Source of the DNA: Octopus sinensis
Taxonomy: Eukaryota
DNA length: 64,000 nucleotides
Direction of reading: 5' to 3'
NCBI RefSeq assembly: GCF_006345805.1
Contig: NC_043000.1
Span: 85,374,001-85,438,000 of the forward strand
In this document: piece by piece, positions 13,281 to 28,700 of the stretch
How the letters are laid out: every line of letters starts with the position of its first letter
How positions within the stretch are numbered: the stretch's first letter is position 1
Made by a program: the position numbers and the translations under genes
The notes under the pieces: generated by a model
Told to the model about the DNA's origin: nothing
Seen by the model: only the letters and a program-made list of their open reading frames with translations
Databases searched by the model: none

Positions 13281-16089
13281 ATCTACACAGTAAAATAAAT
13301 AGAATATTTAAAAAATATTAGTTCAGAGTTCTAAGTTGATCAATACCTATTTTTAGCTTTTTTTTTCTTTTTCTTTTGTTCAGGAGAAGGGAAGACAGTG
13401 CCACAATCATATAACAGGGATTATTAGGTTAATAGGAGAAAGGTATCCTCAAACTGTCAAACTGGAAATCTGGCCTGAATTCTTTCAACACAGTGGGCTC
13501 CACTCAAATAGGCCTAGCCAGGATTTAAACTATGAACACAAAGAGCTGGAACTACCACAAAGGCACCAGGTTAAAAAATCTTACAGTTCTGCCAATCCAG
13601 TGCTCTGGACTGGTACTTTTGAACAATGCACTACTAACATGACCGAATCACTGCTTAAAACCAAAAGAACTTAGAATGAGAACTAATATTGAAAAACAAA
13701 TAAATACATAAGGACTTAACAAACAAGAGTTCACACTCCTGTTTACTGGCTTCAGTCTCTGGACTGTGGCCATTCTGGAGAATGCCCTTCAAGAGTCTTA
13801 GTCAATTAGATCAGATCCCATTTGGGTACTCATTTTATTGAATGTTTAAGTTTACCTTGAGTTATGTCCTTTTAACTTTAAATACCACATACAATTTACA
13901 CTGATGTATACAAATCCCAGCCACTTGGAGATATATACAATGCCCATCAGCAGTTTCTATTTGACATTTTCTGTATATAGAATCCCATGTTGTACATGGG
14001 ATCAAACCAAGAACTATGCTGCTGTGAAATGAACTTCTTAAAAACACAGCTTGCCTGCATCCAAACTTCAAACTTTTTATATTAGAGAGATTCTCATAAA
14101 CATTGTAAAAATTAATGAAATAAGGAAAAATGCTGGAAAGGTTTGGCAGGACCCAATATACCAGAGGATTTTATTTAATTGAACATGTGCACCATTTTTC
14201 TGAGGAAGGGGGTATATGTACACACACACACACATATTTGATGTGGGGGGTTTTTTCTTGCTCTGTTCTCAGCTGTCTAGTGCACCCTGTATATTTTAGT
14301 AAAATTTCTTTGATTTCCTGTCTACCTATATTAAATAGATGGCATCTAAAAACCTGCTGCAAAGTGATCTCAGTGGGATTTAAATTCAGAAAATAAAGGC
14401 AATAAATACCTTAACCTTTAGAATTATTTATATATAATGAAAACACAAGTGGTCAAGTGAACATGTTATAAGACAATCGATTGACACATTAATACTTATC
14501 AGTACTATATTGTATTCCCAACCAACATACCTCTCAATAAATGAGAGTCCACCTAACTCTAAACAAGTACTTTAAGATGGTGTAGTTCACAGCTGGAAAT
14601 AGTCGAGTTACAAAAATTAAATACTGATTTATTGGGTTGCAGTGCAAGTTCAATTCCTCTTGCAGGAAAAAGTTACCTATCTAAATAGTGAAAGGTTTGG
14701 CTCATTTGCTTACTGCTATAAAATGAGAAAAGCAGTAGCCAATCAAATCAAAGAGGTCTCCAATATAATAGTTTTACAGAATAAATCCACGAAAATATTT
14801 AATCATAAAATAAAATGTTCTTAGTAGTTGCTAATTCATAAAACATTACTAAAAGGAGTTTTTTTACTGGTCTTCTTGTAGTCACTTTGGTATATCCAAA
14901 ACTGAATTATCTATATTCATCTATTTTTAAGATGGAAGAATGTTTGAAAGTAGTATTGTTTGTACACTAAGGTGTACAAACAATACACTTGATCTATCAT
15001 GGATTATGCCAGTACTTCCAGAGAACCCAGTCTCTCCACAAACCAAAAATAGCTTTGCCATTAATTAGATCACTAGCTTCAAAGCTTGAATGCATAACAC
15101 CAATTATAAAAGCAGAGGAGGGACAGCAGCTGTTATGTTCAGACAGAGGCCACCCTGCTTGCTTCCACTGCTACCAGCACCAGAATCTAACAAGTTAACC
15201 AAGGCCAATGAGGAAACTTCAACATAGTCAGTTAACCTTCTAGAAAAGCAGCCACATCTCATTCAAATTGCACTCCCTCTTACAAGCCATTGGTCAGGGC
15301 CATGAAATATGTGTATGACTTTGTATAAATACTCCAACTTTCAATACTTGGAAATGTTTTTGTACTTCACATATCTGTAATTCTATGTATTCAATTCATT
15401 GTAGCAAATCGTAAGAAATTTACAAAAGCTTCAGGCAAGTGAATTGAGAAAAATTTTTTTTACATTTGCTGTAATGTATTTAAATTTACTAATAACCAAA
15501 AATTTCCATGTAAAGAATTAAACCAATTTTAGGAATTTTTTTGTTTTAAAACATAAGACACAACAACAAATTTTTTTGCTTTAGATTTATCAGAAAATAA
15601 GCTATCATCAGCATTAGGCCAATTTAGCAGTGTTTGATTTATGTTAAATGATCTTGCAATGCCAGCTAACATCTAAAGAAGCCTCTACACAATCTCTCAA
15701 CTTTAAAAAGAAACAGCAGTCAAATATCCATCAAATCATTGCCTAATATCTTAAAAAAAATACACAATGTAGTCATAGAAACTAAAAAAAAAGCACAATC
15801 ACAGCTGAAACACCTTACAGACTAGATAATATAACTTAAGTCAATGAGGGAATTTTTAGAGTCAACATACTAAAAATAGCAGCCAAATCTTTGTCAAATG
15901 ATACCATACCATTTAAAAATATGAAACTGGATACTGTAATATAGAATACAGTAGGTTTGAAAGAAAAAGAAAGTCGCAGCTGTAATAATACTTTTGATGT
16001 GTATAGTTCATTTCATGGTAGTTAACTTAAAGGTTAAATAATAACACAACCAAATGTAGTTATACCACCAGTATTAAAGACACCATCTT

Positions 16090-16600
16090 TTCAGGTTGAT
16101 ATAAAAGAGGAAGTGACTTATAGGAGTTTGGCTGGGTCCAACAGACTTAAATATCTGAGTGCATCCAAAAATTGTCCATTCAGCTGAATGCCATGAAGTT
16201 GCTTGTCAACACTCCCAACTTCTGACTCACAGGCATGATTCTTCACTACTTTTCTGATGCTAGCATAGTGCTTGTCAAAAAAAAAGCAGGTCTTGTGTAT
16301 CCCCCATTCAGACTTGCTCATCTCTCCTCTTCCTGCCACTTACATTATGCACCCTTTTCAGGAATTCAGGCTTAGCATTAACCATTTTCACTAGCCCATC
16401 CTTTGCCAAATGTCAACACTCTGAAGGTCCCTCCAAGCCCATGTTTTTGCTGCCACTGTTCAACAGAAACATTAACTGTGCCAATCTCACTGGTCTCAAG
16501 TGACCTGTGAAAGATATGGCCGCAACTGCACCCTATGAATATGAGACTTGGGGACTTCACACAGCTGACTTGGCAAAAATAAATGCATTCTAGATACAGA
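16090..16600 (-). mobile_element. old RTE-like LINE relic
   Basis: Frameshifted similarity to the younger RTE: GLVKMVNAKPEF, GIHKTC, IQLNGQFLDALRYL versus GLRVNLAKTK, WTHKRC, FQGEKLEIVDSFRYL. Confidence 0.35.
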
Positions 16601-19600
16601 ATCTAAAAAGGAAATTTCAAATTCTTTGAATATTTACAATTTTTGCTTGAGTACAACAAGTGACAATTTCTGCAAAGCAGTTTACACAGAAGACATGGTA
16701 ATCTCCAGAAATTAAAAAGAAGTAATAAGGTTTTGAATGGTAAGTTTTGATATGATACCAACAAGCAGAAGCAGCAAAGAGGAAAATAGAAAGTTAAAAG
16801 AAACCATAAGTTTTAATAGCTATCAGAGAGAAGAAATCTACAAATGAAACAGTTGCAGAAGCTGTGCAGGACTTCAATGAACCAAGAGAAATTCAAATTA
16901 CAGAACAATAAGATAAACAAAAGAAATACAATGGATCAAAAGAAAACAGAGATATAGAGTTACTTAAAAGAAGCAGTGTATGATACTATAGAGGAGAGAC
17001 AGTTTTAGTAATTGGAAGACAGATATGAAATAGAGATTGATCCTATGAAAGTAAAACTTTAGCAGGACATTAATTCACAAAGCACATTTCTTTTTTCTAC
17101 AAAATAAATAAATAAAACTGATTAAATCAAAATATTAAAAACACTAAACAAATGTGATTTTAAAGGAAATATATTTCGTTGCATTTAATTATTTTGGAGA
17201 TATATTACTTTTTGCTTAATATTTTCTGTCAGTTATAAATTTAAATGCAAAATTAGCTTTCTTACTAATTAGAATGACAAGGTCCTTTATAATTTCATAT
17301 AAATGCAACAACCTCTGTAAAGAAAATGTCTTGTTATTCAGTTTCACTCTCTCAACAAAATACTTAAAACAACAGAAGGAAAGGAATTTTCTAATAATCA
17401 AATCAAGCGATTGATTTACTTGCTAGTAAAAGACGACTGACAGTAGTGAAGAAAGAGTGATTCTAAGGCAGATCGTGAGTTCAGAGAACCCACTTCTCTT
17501 TACAGTCTATCCAAACAATCGATTATTCACACATTACATTGCTATAAAAATAATTTTCTTTTAAATTCATAAATCCCAAAAGAAACAACACAGTACTAAT
17601 GAAGATCCACACCAAACAAGTCTGATAGGTCACGGTTAAGACAATTTTCACCTTGCTCCAAATTATATTGTTTATTTCTATGATGAGATTTTCTTTCAGA
17701 CAAAAACCACAGCGTCATGCCTTTCAATGGTGTATATGCATTAAGTATGATGCACAGATGTCTGAGCAGAATTACATTTAACTGTAATAAGTCATCTGAA
17801 GGAATTAGAACATCTGTGAAAATGTTCTTATTCAGAATATTTAATGGGCACCCTAATTTGTCATTTTGCTTATAAACTTTACCAATTTTTAGTAATGGAA
17901 TAGCATTAGTTGGGTATAAAGTAATACAGGCAAACTCAAATTGTTTTTAGGATTAATAATATTACATAGAAATTTTGGAAAATTTTATATTTTCAGAATT
18001 ATCCTGATAGCATAAAGAACTTCACTGCAATAATCTACACTGATTTCATGTCACCTGATTAATTTGACTCATCAAGACATTATCCAAATGTTCCCTAATC
18101 TCAAAACTGCAACTAACATGTTCTTTAAAAGCTACACAGGCTTTCAATTCACCATGCTCAAAATAGCATCTCCCTGAAACTTCCTGCCCACCAAGCCTCT
18201 CTACTAAACTGAATATTAACTGCACTAAATATAGTTATTATAAGAGAATGTGAAAACAAAAGGGTTCCTTTCTTTGATACAATAACCAAGGACTAAAGAC
18301 CACCTTTTCATGTCATTTGTATTCAAATTAACAAATTTGTTTTACAATAACTAAACCATATTACTTGCAGTGGAAGCTTCCTGTCCGATAACTAAATTAC
18401 AGGATGTGCCAATGTGGCCTTTTCTGACCCACATTCTATTCATTTGATTTTAACTTGGAGTCCTTCACATACTGTCTCTTCATTAACAATGTGCTAGTAT
18501 TACTTCTAAACCACACATAAACAGACATTTCTTAAAGCACAGACAAAACACAAAGGATGGGCTTTTTCTTTAAAGATAGAAAATAGCTCAACTATAAATA
18601 GCAGCTGACCTTCTTTACAAGTGTCTTGAGAGACTAGAATGAAGATGAGTTAGTTAAAGATTTCACAAAAACTATCTAACCATTATTTCACTGTTCAAAT
18701 TGACAAAACATTGTTAGTGATTTGAAATAACCATTAAATGGAAAAAATTTCAACTCCATCCTCTCTGCTCAACCTTCCGTCCACATACATTTCATCTGTT
18801 ACCTGAGAGCAGAATAGGCACATACTACATCCCCACCCTGACTTTCTCAGTTATTTTTCTTTCCTCACCTCAAACCACTTCCCTTTGTCTTTCCTTGTTT
18901 ACTGTCTCCACTAATCATCTATCATCTACACGTCTACCCTGTGCTGTTCTCCATTATTAACACCACACTTACCAGCTATCACCCTCAAAACCCTCACATA
19001 TCAACTGCAACACTTGTCCCCAAGACTCTCCTATATTTCTCTCACATCATTTGCTAGTCACCTCAATCTTGCACACAGACCCAGTCCAAACCTCTGTATC
19101 ACCTCACTTATTCTCACCACCCCAAATGTCACTCAAGGTCATGTACCGACATCTTCACCATCACCCCTCTCGCTATAGCTTTATCTTACTCTCTAGTTCA
19201 CTATCCTTTTTTTCCCCAACAGGGATATTCATGTATCTACTCTATAGCAAAACATCTATCTGTCCCTCTTTAAACCTTTAATCTCTCAACTGGCACAAAA
19301 TTACACCCACTCAATACAACTCTCTGCTCCCAGTTGAGGGGGTTTTGTCTCTCAAAGTACTTGGTGACCCTGTCAGTGCCAGTACCACATAAAAAACATC
19401 CAGTACACTCTGTAAAGTGGTTTACATTAGGAAGGGCATCCAGCTGTATAAACCATGCCAAAACAGACAATGGAACCTGGTGTTGTTCTCAGCCTTGCTA
19501 GCTCCATGTCAAACCATGCCAGCATGGAAAACATTAAATGATGATAATGATGAGGAGTACACTTGAGCTGGATATTTATTACAGCTTCCAGGCCTGCTGG

Positions 19601-21028
19601 ACTTGAATGATTAAAACAAACTAACAAAATATCCTTACAGCTGCTAGTATGCACTGAAATTTATTCAGCAACCCTGAATAAAGTAACTTTGAAACTGTAA
19701 ACATTGCACTGTTTAACTACTTGGATGCTAGACAGACAACTAATTAATCTGACCATTTCCAACTGTCAATGAGTACATTAAAATATAAAAGATGTTTCAA
19801 GCAGAGCAACATGGTTAAACTTAAAATTTGTAAACGAACACTATAGATGAATTGAATTGATATTACATATGTTAATCAATATTTGCAAGACAATCCCCTT
19901 TACTCTGAATAGAATATATGAAAGAACATATAAGTGAAAACTAGTAGTGTGCCTGTGTGGTCTACATATAAGATGACACTGAATCAAAAGGAATGTTAAT
20001 ATACTGCACTGTAAATTCATGTAGGCTATGCCATATTAAGAAAAAAAAAATAAAGCCAACCTTCTTAATGATAACAATGGTGACTAACTAGAATACTATT
20101 ACTAATATACTAGTCAGGTCGATTTATGACTAATTGCAAGGATTTATTCTTCACATTAGGAAAGTATTTCCTTTACAATGACCTGAAAGACAATGGTTTT
20201 TCATTATTATTACTGCCTCATCTTAGCTATACAGTCTAGATTTCAATGATTATAAAGACAATGTTGAATATTCAACTATTTTTAATTACTAACAGCCGTA
20301 GTGCTGAGATTCTTACACAGATCATATATCTTCAGGCACTTGGTACAAATTTTAGAATATTCCAAATCATGTGTTACATATCTGTTAGTCAAGGCAACTC
20401 CACCAATGGTCTATCAGCTATGTACCTCAAGGGTCCACCCCAACACTCATCACCACTATTTTTATCTCTTTCCAGCTCCATCCCAGTTAGTCCCACATTC
20501 CGTTCTGAAATGTGAGTAACCATGTAGCTTCTCTGCAGCAAGAAACTTCTTCAGGTTTGGCTTCTTCTCTCATACTTTAACCCTTCACTTTCTAGCAGAG
20601 AGTTCTCTCCCGCGGTTAACGGTCTTGCAAGCTGCAAAGTAACCTAACTAGTGCTGTGGCATGAAAAAAGTACCTAGTACCTACTACTAAGTGGTTGGCA
20701 TTAGGAAGGGCATATCCAGCTATAGAAACCATGCCAAAGAAGATAGTGGTGCACCATGCAGTCCTTGGTGCCCATCAAATCTTGTCAAACTTTGTAACTC
20801 ATGTATGGAACATGGACATTAAATTATAAATATGATTTTGAAATCAGGCACACACAACAACCAACAAAGGAGCATGTGCATGGCCACTCAAACTGCCAAA
20901 TATAGCACACTGGTATCAATCAAATCACATTCCCTACCATTTTAAATAAGAACAGATTGTATAATATGGTGCTTAATTGGAAAAAAAAGACAAGCTGGTC
21001 GCCTCCAACACATTTTCACCATAGTTAA

Positions 21029-21249
21029 CCCTTTCGTTACTGTATTTATTTTGAGATGCTCTGTGTTTCTCTCAATTATTTTAGATATAACAAAGAATTT
21101 AGTAAAATAACTTGGTTATCATTAAGCTGGTGTTAGGAGCATAAATTATGAATAAGGTTTGGTGGAAGATTTTAATTCAAAACTTATGAAAACAAGATAT
21201 TTGTACTACAAAGCCAGAGCCAGTTTCAGCCAGGTTGGTAATGAAAGGG
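21029..21249. mobile_element. TTAA-flanked (piggyBac-like) MITE, 221 bp
   Basis: TTAA|CCCTTTCGTTAC...GTAATGAAAGGG|TTAA. Confidence 0.8.
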
Positions 21250-21982
21250 TTAATCAGAACTGACTATGCAGGGAGAGATGTAGCAACAACAGTTATGCTA
21301 TTTAAATCAACTTTAACTTTAAAAAGGAACCGAGTCTCTATAAGGGCAGTTGATATTTACAAATATATCTAAATGCAGGCATGGCTGTGCAGTTGAGAAG
21401 ATTGCTCCCCAATCATATGGTCTTCAGTTCCACATGGAACATAGGGCATCTATTATAGCCCCAGATTGAACCAAAGCTTTGTGCATAGATTCTGTAGAGA
21501 GAAAAAGAAAGCCCATCATGCAAGTATGTATATCCGAGTCTTGATAGCACGATAGTTATAAATAAGCATCACCATCATAGAACTGATGTTTGTTTCCTGT
21601 CTTCTGTGAAAAACATGTCTAGCCATAGGAAATATATGATCCTCAACTGTTTCTAACAGGTGAGGGTTGGCAAACAGGAAGTACGTCTACCTTAGAAAAT
21701 GTGCCTTGATAAATTCCAACCAATTAATGCAAGCATGGAAAAATGGACTTTAAATGATTACTTGGAAATTTATACAAATTTTTAAATTTCATATTGCAAT
21801 TTGTAGCTATTATTTCCAAGAGGCCAATCACTGATTTGCAGCATCTCTGATGGTGAGAGTGACAAGAGAATGTCTCAGTGCTGAACAAATATCAGAAAGA
21901 ACTTCATTTATATAGTATGTTTTTTTTTTAGTTTTCTCATGTTTACATACTTTACCAATATATATCGAAAACAGATATACTA

Positions 21983-22015
<33 letters not shown>

Positions 22016-22305
22016 TACATACAACAGGCTTCTGCAAACCAAATTCCAGTTGTTGCAAAAACATACTTGTTAACCTTATAGTCATGCCTGCTACATTATC
22101 CATCTAAGAGTCCAAGTAATAGACAAACCTCCTTCCTTACTTCCATTTGGTACACACAAAAATTTGTTCTTCACTATGCATGATATTAAATTATTAAGAC
22201 ATTGTTTCTATAAATCCTGTAACAATTACTTACAAAATAAAGAAGGTATATAAATTTATCTTTAAAATATATTTTCATTTAACAGAAGAGAGTTACATTT
22301 AAATA

Positions 22306-23565
22306 TTGGGTTGTCCGGAAAGTTCATGCTGATTTATAGTAGCTTACCTTTCAACTTATTTTAGAACATGGTTAAGTCCATAAAATAGGATTTGACTACA
22401 CCTCCATTTAGAGCACAGTTTAAATTATCTTTTCATGGAAGAAGGTTTATGTTCCTATACCCTGTGTTAATTCTGTAACCCTTTAAAATGGAAGATAAGA
22501 AAGTTCATTTTCGGCACTTGATGCTTTTCTTTTTCCGTAAAGGGAAAAATGCCCCACAAGCAACCAAAGAAATATGCGCAGTTTATGGTGGTGTTTCTTT
22601 ATCCGAAAGAACTGTACGGAAGTGGTTCGCAAGGTTCCAAGCTGGAGATTGTAGCCTTATTGATAAAGAGCGATCAGGCAGACCATCCACTACAGATGAT
22701 GACCAAATCAAGTCATTGAGAATAACCCACATTACACAACCTGAGAATTGGCAGAAAGCCTCAACCTATCAAAATCCATCATTCATGAGTACCTGGTAGA
22801 GCTTGGGTATCACATGAGTTGAGTGAGAAGAACCTTTTGGATCGCATTTCCATCTGTGATTCACTTTATAAACAGAATGAAAATGCACCATTTTTAAAGC
22901 AAATTGTGACAGGTGATGAGAAATGGATTATCTACAGAAATGTTCAATGAAAGCGATCCTGGAGAAAGCAACATGAGCCACCCTTAGCCAACCCAAAAGT
23001 GGGTCTTCACCCTAAAAAAGTCTTGCTTTGTGTCTGGTGGGATTGGAAAGGAATTCTGTACCATGAGCTTCTCCCAAGTAACCAGACAATTAATTCTGAG
23101 AACTACTGCATACAACTGGACGTGTTAAAAGCAGCAATTCAAGAGAAACGTCCAGAATTGGCCAACAGGAAGGATGTTGTTTTCCAACATGATAATGATA
23201 ATGCAAGACCGTACGTTTCTTTGGGAACCAGACAAAAATTGCTGCAGCTCAGCTGGGATGTGTTATCCCACCCTCCATATTCACCAGATATTGCTCCTTC
23301 GGATTTCCACTTATTCAGGTCTCTGCAGAATAGCCTTAATGGTAAAAATTTCAATTCCTTGGATGATGTAAAAAGATAACTGGATGGATTCTTTGCCATG
23401 AAACCATCTCAATTCTGGGAAGGTTATTTTCAAGTTAAAGGAAAGATGGAGACTCATTGTGCAACAAAATAATTCATATTTGGTTGATTAAAAATGTAAT
23501 GACAAGTATTTATTGACCTTTCTCTTTCCTTTCAAAAATCGGCACAAACTTTCTGGACAACCCAA
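22306..23565 (+). mobile_element. mariner DNA transposon, near full length (1260 bp), defective transposase
   Basis: TA flanks at 22304-5 and 23566-7. TIRs TTGGGTTGTCCGGAAAGTTC / GCACAAACTTTCTGGACAACCCAA. Transposase motifs: MEDKKVHFRH, HTH ERTVRKWFARF, WVSHEL, TGDEKW, HDN(DN)ARP, PPYSPDIAPSDFHLF (D,D34D type). Frameshifts and stops present. Confidence 0.95.
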
Positions 23566-26500
23566 TACATTGAAGTGGATTAGGCTGATAACAAACAATT
23601 ATAGAGGAAGTTCCTAAAAACTCCTACTTTCACAAAGTAACACCTGATCTTTGTAAATCAGATTTCAACTTACTAAATATTGTAACTAGTCTATCAGAAA
23701 AAGAACACTGAATGAAAAAATAAAATGACAAGAATAGATTTATGATTTAATAGGAAAGTTTCTATAAGTAGGTGAATGGCAGTATTCAGAGCAGGAAGGA
23801 TTTTATGGTTTTAGCTGACACCAGGCCAACACAGAACAAATTAAAACAGATTATGCAACTTATGTAAGCATGGAAAAATTACTGGTTCTCAACATTGAAT
23901 TTTGATAGTTCACATTCTGTTTTTCTCTAGGTTACACAGATGCACTTCCTGCTGTCAACCCTAATCAGTTTTGCAAGTAAGGGATCTCTCATTCCACAAG
24001 GCTTTGACGGTGCAAAGCGAGTGGATGATTTGTTGACAGGAAAACTAACATCAATGCTCATATACTGCTACTTTCATAAAAGCAAGCACACAAACATACA
24101 CACATCCTTCAATTTGGATCACCTTCTTTACTCAACAGTTAGCCTCTTTATGTATAACATGTCTACACAATCTCTACACTATGTCTAAATTCCTTTCACA
24201 TTCAGTTTTCTCTTATATTCGCCAACACTTACAAATCCAATAGAATATGCTTGCCTCAGTTTTTTCCTGTTTTCATATAGCTCATTTCATTCCTTCAACA
24301 ACATTTTGTATCCAGTTTCCCATGCTTGCATGTATCAGATGGAACTTAATGAGGTAGATTTTCTACAATTGGATGCCCATCCTGCTGACAAACCTCACTT
24401 GTTTCCAAATAAGATAATACTTCCCATGGCCAGAAATGCCTTACACTGAAGAGTGGGCATCGACATCCTCACTTCTATGAAGACAATGCTTGTTACAACC
24501 ATCATGTGATGTCAAAGGTATACACACACACAAGACAGGCTTCTTTTTGTTTCCCTCTACCAAATGCACTCACAAGGTTTTGGTTATCCTGGGGCTATAG
24601 TAGACACTTCATCAAGATTCCACACAGTGAAGCTGAACCCAAGACCATATGGTTAGTAAGCAAATATTTAAACCACATAGCATACCTACACCTATTAAAT
24701 ATACTTCGTTTCTTTCCAGCTTTCATATTATTTTCCACATTCACTAACTGTTTCACCACCAAGCAAAATCGCATTTCACACATAAGGCACCATATACTAT
24801 CAATTATTAGCAAAGGTAATAGCTTGCTGAACTTTTCCTAACTATTCTTATTCTAACTAGTATGCTCTGGCACACACTACTCAAGTATCACTTAGGTCAC
24901 TTAGTTAACATAAAATATCAACTACTACTAGGGAGCCCTCTGAACATTTAGGAAAAATAATTCTATGGGTCCCTTATTGCTAACTACTCATGCACACCTA
25001 AATGCTTCTCTATCAGCCTGCCTATGATCTCACTGCATCTCTTGTGTACCCATATTTTAAACTGAATACACTATGTTGCATTCCTACAAGCTACTTTTCT
25101 ATAAATTACATCATTGTTATAGAGAAGATTCCACAGACATCTTAAACTCCTGTGATACAGCCTGGAGAACTGTAACAAACAGGAGTAGAGTGATGTGTAT
25201 ATAATAAAAGTTTCGTTTTATGTCCCTTTCTAATATTGACAAGAGAGATGGAGAGAGAACCGTGAGATAATGTTAAAATAATACATGAAATAATTCACAC
25301 ACAGATACATAGTTCAAATTTAAGCTTACTAAGAAGCTAAACAATCCATGAAGGAAGTAAAAAGCCATAACAAAGCTAGTTGAGACTACAAACAACAAGA
25401 ATTTGAGTTTTTAGAACAAATACAATATTCCAGTAAGAAAGAACAAACAACTACCTTCGTTTGTTGAGCAAGGAAATGCTTTGAACAATGACCCACAATC
25501 TGCAGTCTGGTGGTCAATGGAATGGCTAAATATGGGCAACTGACTTGTAAAAACATTTCAGACATTGTAGAAGGAATCTAAAATTAAAGTTGGGATAAGT
25601 AATATGCAATTTAAGATATAAATGGGTGTATCAAACAACTTGGTTTCTCATCAAGTCATCAGCTCCGAAGCTGTGTTGGAAATTTGCAACAAAAATAGCT
25701 CCAAGAAAAATAACTGAAATAGTGACCATGACAAAATATTAAAAGCTAATAGCAGGTGCAGCTAAAAAACTATAACAAAATATAAGAAACTGGTTAATAG
25801 CAGGAGCACTTAAAACATAGAACTCAATGTAACAATTAAATGTCATTAACATATAAGGATTAACAATAAACCTAGAAATAAACATATTACACTGATATTG
25901 GTTCCTGTGAATTAATAGACAAGCCCTGTTCCTAAACTGATAATTATGAAGATGGAGTTTGTGATAAAATCGTCTCTAAACTTTGAAGAGTCAGAAAGTT
26001 TGAAGAATTACTGTGCTATTAGTAATGAAAAACCAGATTATATAGAATTGTGTTAATGTATGACCATTTCACACAAATGGATGAATTCAACTGGGGAGGA
26101 ATAAGTATGATGTGAACTTGAGGGAACAATTAATAAAGCAGCACAGTAACTAAAGTATTGGCTAATATAACTAAGAGACAACTATGGTATTATGTGAATG
26201 GATGACACATGTTAGGTGAAAATTATGTTAGTACATGTGATATAGACAGGATGAAGACAGAATAATTATAAAGGAGCTAATAGATTAGAACTCTTTGATG
26301 AGATATGGTAAAAATATATAGCAACTCATTGAATCAATACAGCTCAGGAAATCTTCAGGTTTACTAAATTAGAAAAGAGTAAAATATCAATAGTAATAGT
26401 TTGAGTATTCTAGAACCAGTTAACCAAATGTAGATAATAAAAAAAAGTAACAGAATCAAGTAGTTAGAAATAACTCCAAAAATATGGCATCTTTAAAGAA

Positions 26501-28295
26501 TAATAAGCATTCAAAAATATAGTTTTTCAACTTGTAAAATATAAAAATTACAATAGTCGATCACTTGAAGTGTAATATCTGATTTGAATATGGTAATTAA
26601 AAAAAAAAAGTAAAGCTAGTTAAACTGCTTTAGTAATGGAAGAAAAATTACTATTGCAAAGGGGAAAACAGATCAACTGAAATTACAACAGCTCTCAATA
26701 GGTTGGTAAATTTTCTCAGAAGTACAAAATTTCATGTTAAAATTAATCCTTGCACAAAAGGATTATGAAAAGATTATTTGGTATATAAAATTCTAGAATA
26801 TGAAAAATAAAAAAAACCATTGACAATTATTTTAACTAATTACACAGTATAAGACAAAATACAACATCAATACAAAGAAAAGAGAATCTTTAAATGTCCA
26901 TTATTATAAATTAGTATGTCTAAATGCCATCCAGTAAACCCACCACTCTACTCACTTAGGTCGAGCTATTTTTATCAAATATTTATACAGAGTGTGCTAA
27001 TACCTTCGTCCACCTTTTCTGCACTATTTATGTATAAATATACTGTCATTCAAACATATGGTATTTAGTCTATGAAATGATGTACAAGTTTAACTTATAT
27101 TTCCTTCACCCCTACATACAGGGATCCACTTGTGTTGAGTGCTGAATATCAAAGCTATAAAATGAACAGAGTTTAGTTCCACAAAATAAATATCTTTATA
27201 GATGATTGCCTAATTTTTAACACAAATGAAACCAATATAAAAAAATGTTCAAAAAGCAACATTTTCATTATAATACAAAATTTTTGTTTGCTACAAGAAC
27301 AAAAAAGAAAAAAATTAAGTATTCCATGCAAATAATAGCTTTCACTTGAAACAAAAACCTGTTGCTTAAAGACAACTATTAAATGACTAACCTTAAGCTA
27401 AATGACCTCCAGCACAAGTCATTTAGTTGGATATTTTTATGACTTGGTGTGAAACTTGTTTACTGAAATAGCATAAAAATCACCTCATAAGGCTTACTTA
27501 GTGTGTGGAAAAGTTACAGATTTTATTTGAATTTCAGGAAAACAACCTGAAGTCTCCTCTATTTAAAAATATGTTTAAAAAAATAAAATATTAGGAAAAG
27601 TAGTTCACAATTACAAAAGAAACAAGGCTATTGAAGGAAAAATTACCAAATGGTCATTAAAAGTTAAATAAACAGAGATTGTTCATAGAAATTTATATTT
27701 CAAGGTATAATAATTCAGCTGAATGGGTTTAACAAATTTGTGGTTTCAAACAAGATTCTAGTTCATGAATGGGCTATCATAATATACATATAAATAACTA
27801 TACAATTTATAGAAAGAATTTTTCTTTAATTACGTCTGTATAAACACACACATATAAATCTAAACTATGATGTTTAAATGTGTACAGAGAAGATATTTGA
27901 AAGTTCTCTTATTCAACAGCCTTTTACGAAGTAAACCTCTTTCAACGGACCTCCCTCAAATTCCTGACTTTAGAATTGTATTTTCAAGCAAAAACAAAAC
28001 AAATGAAGATAGATTTTGAGAGAGAAACAGAGCATAAACTGATAAAGGACACAACACTCCCAATTTACTTTCAAATTCTTAAGAGTATCGACGCTAGAAA
28101 ACCAGGCTTTTTTTAGTTTGCTGTTTTTCTTTTATATATATTTGCTGCTTCTATTATTTAATGTTTGGTAAGGAAACAAAAAGAAAACAGAGGACAACGT
28201 AGAAACGCAAACAGATTAAAGACAAAACTAAAGAATTGAAAACTTGGATTGCATAACACCAGACAACCTAATCGATAAAATAAAAGTTCGATTAC

Positions 28296-28700
28296 CTCAG
28301 GGAATAGAAACTAGACTAACTCGGGATTTAGTCTTCAATAAACAGCGTGTAGAAGAAACGTCGGGTAAGAAAATGGTGCTGCAACAGACATTTCAGAGAG
28401 AAAGAAAGAGAGAATGAGCTGCGTTCACAATAAAAGAAACGCGTTGGAAAAATTGAGAAACCAATTCTACCGTTAGAAGAATTTGAGAGCATGATTACAT
28501 AAGCAAAAAAAAAAAAAAAAAAAAAAAAAAGATCGGTAAGATTGAGACACGCTCTGGAGCTAATACGACAATCTTCATAAAAGAGAAAGATAGAAAGATG
28601 AAGTGAGGTTGGGTTAAAAATAAAGAGAGAAAGAATAAATGGAGGTGGGCGGAGAGAGAGGGGGGGAACGGAAGAAATCAGAGAGAGAGAGAGGAAAGAC
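28296..28700 (-). other. candidate 5'UTR exon of the Egl-like gene
   Basis: Minus-strand donor CCCTGAG|GTAATC (GT at 28295-28294) at the edge of a CpG-retaining region. Upstream boundary is uncertain. Confidence 0.4.

Noticed and set aside
18060-18230. DIIQMFPNLKTA... resembling a hAT dimerisation domain
   Set aside because: Too short and degenerate to support; no TIRs found.
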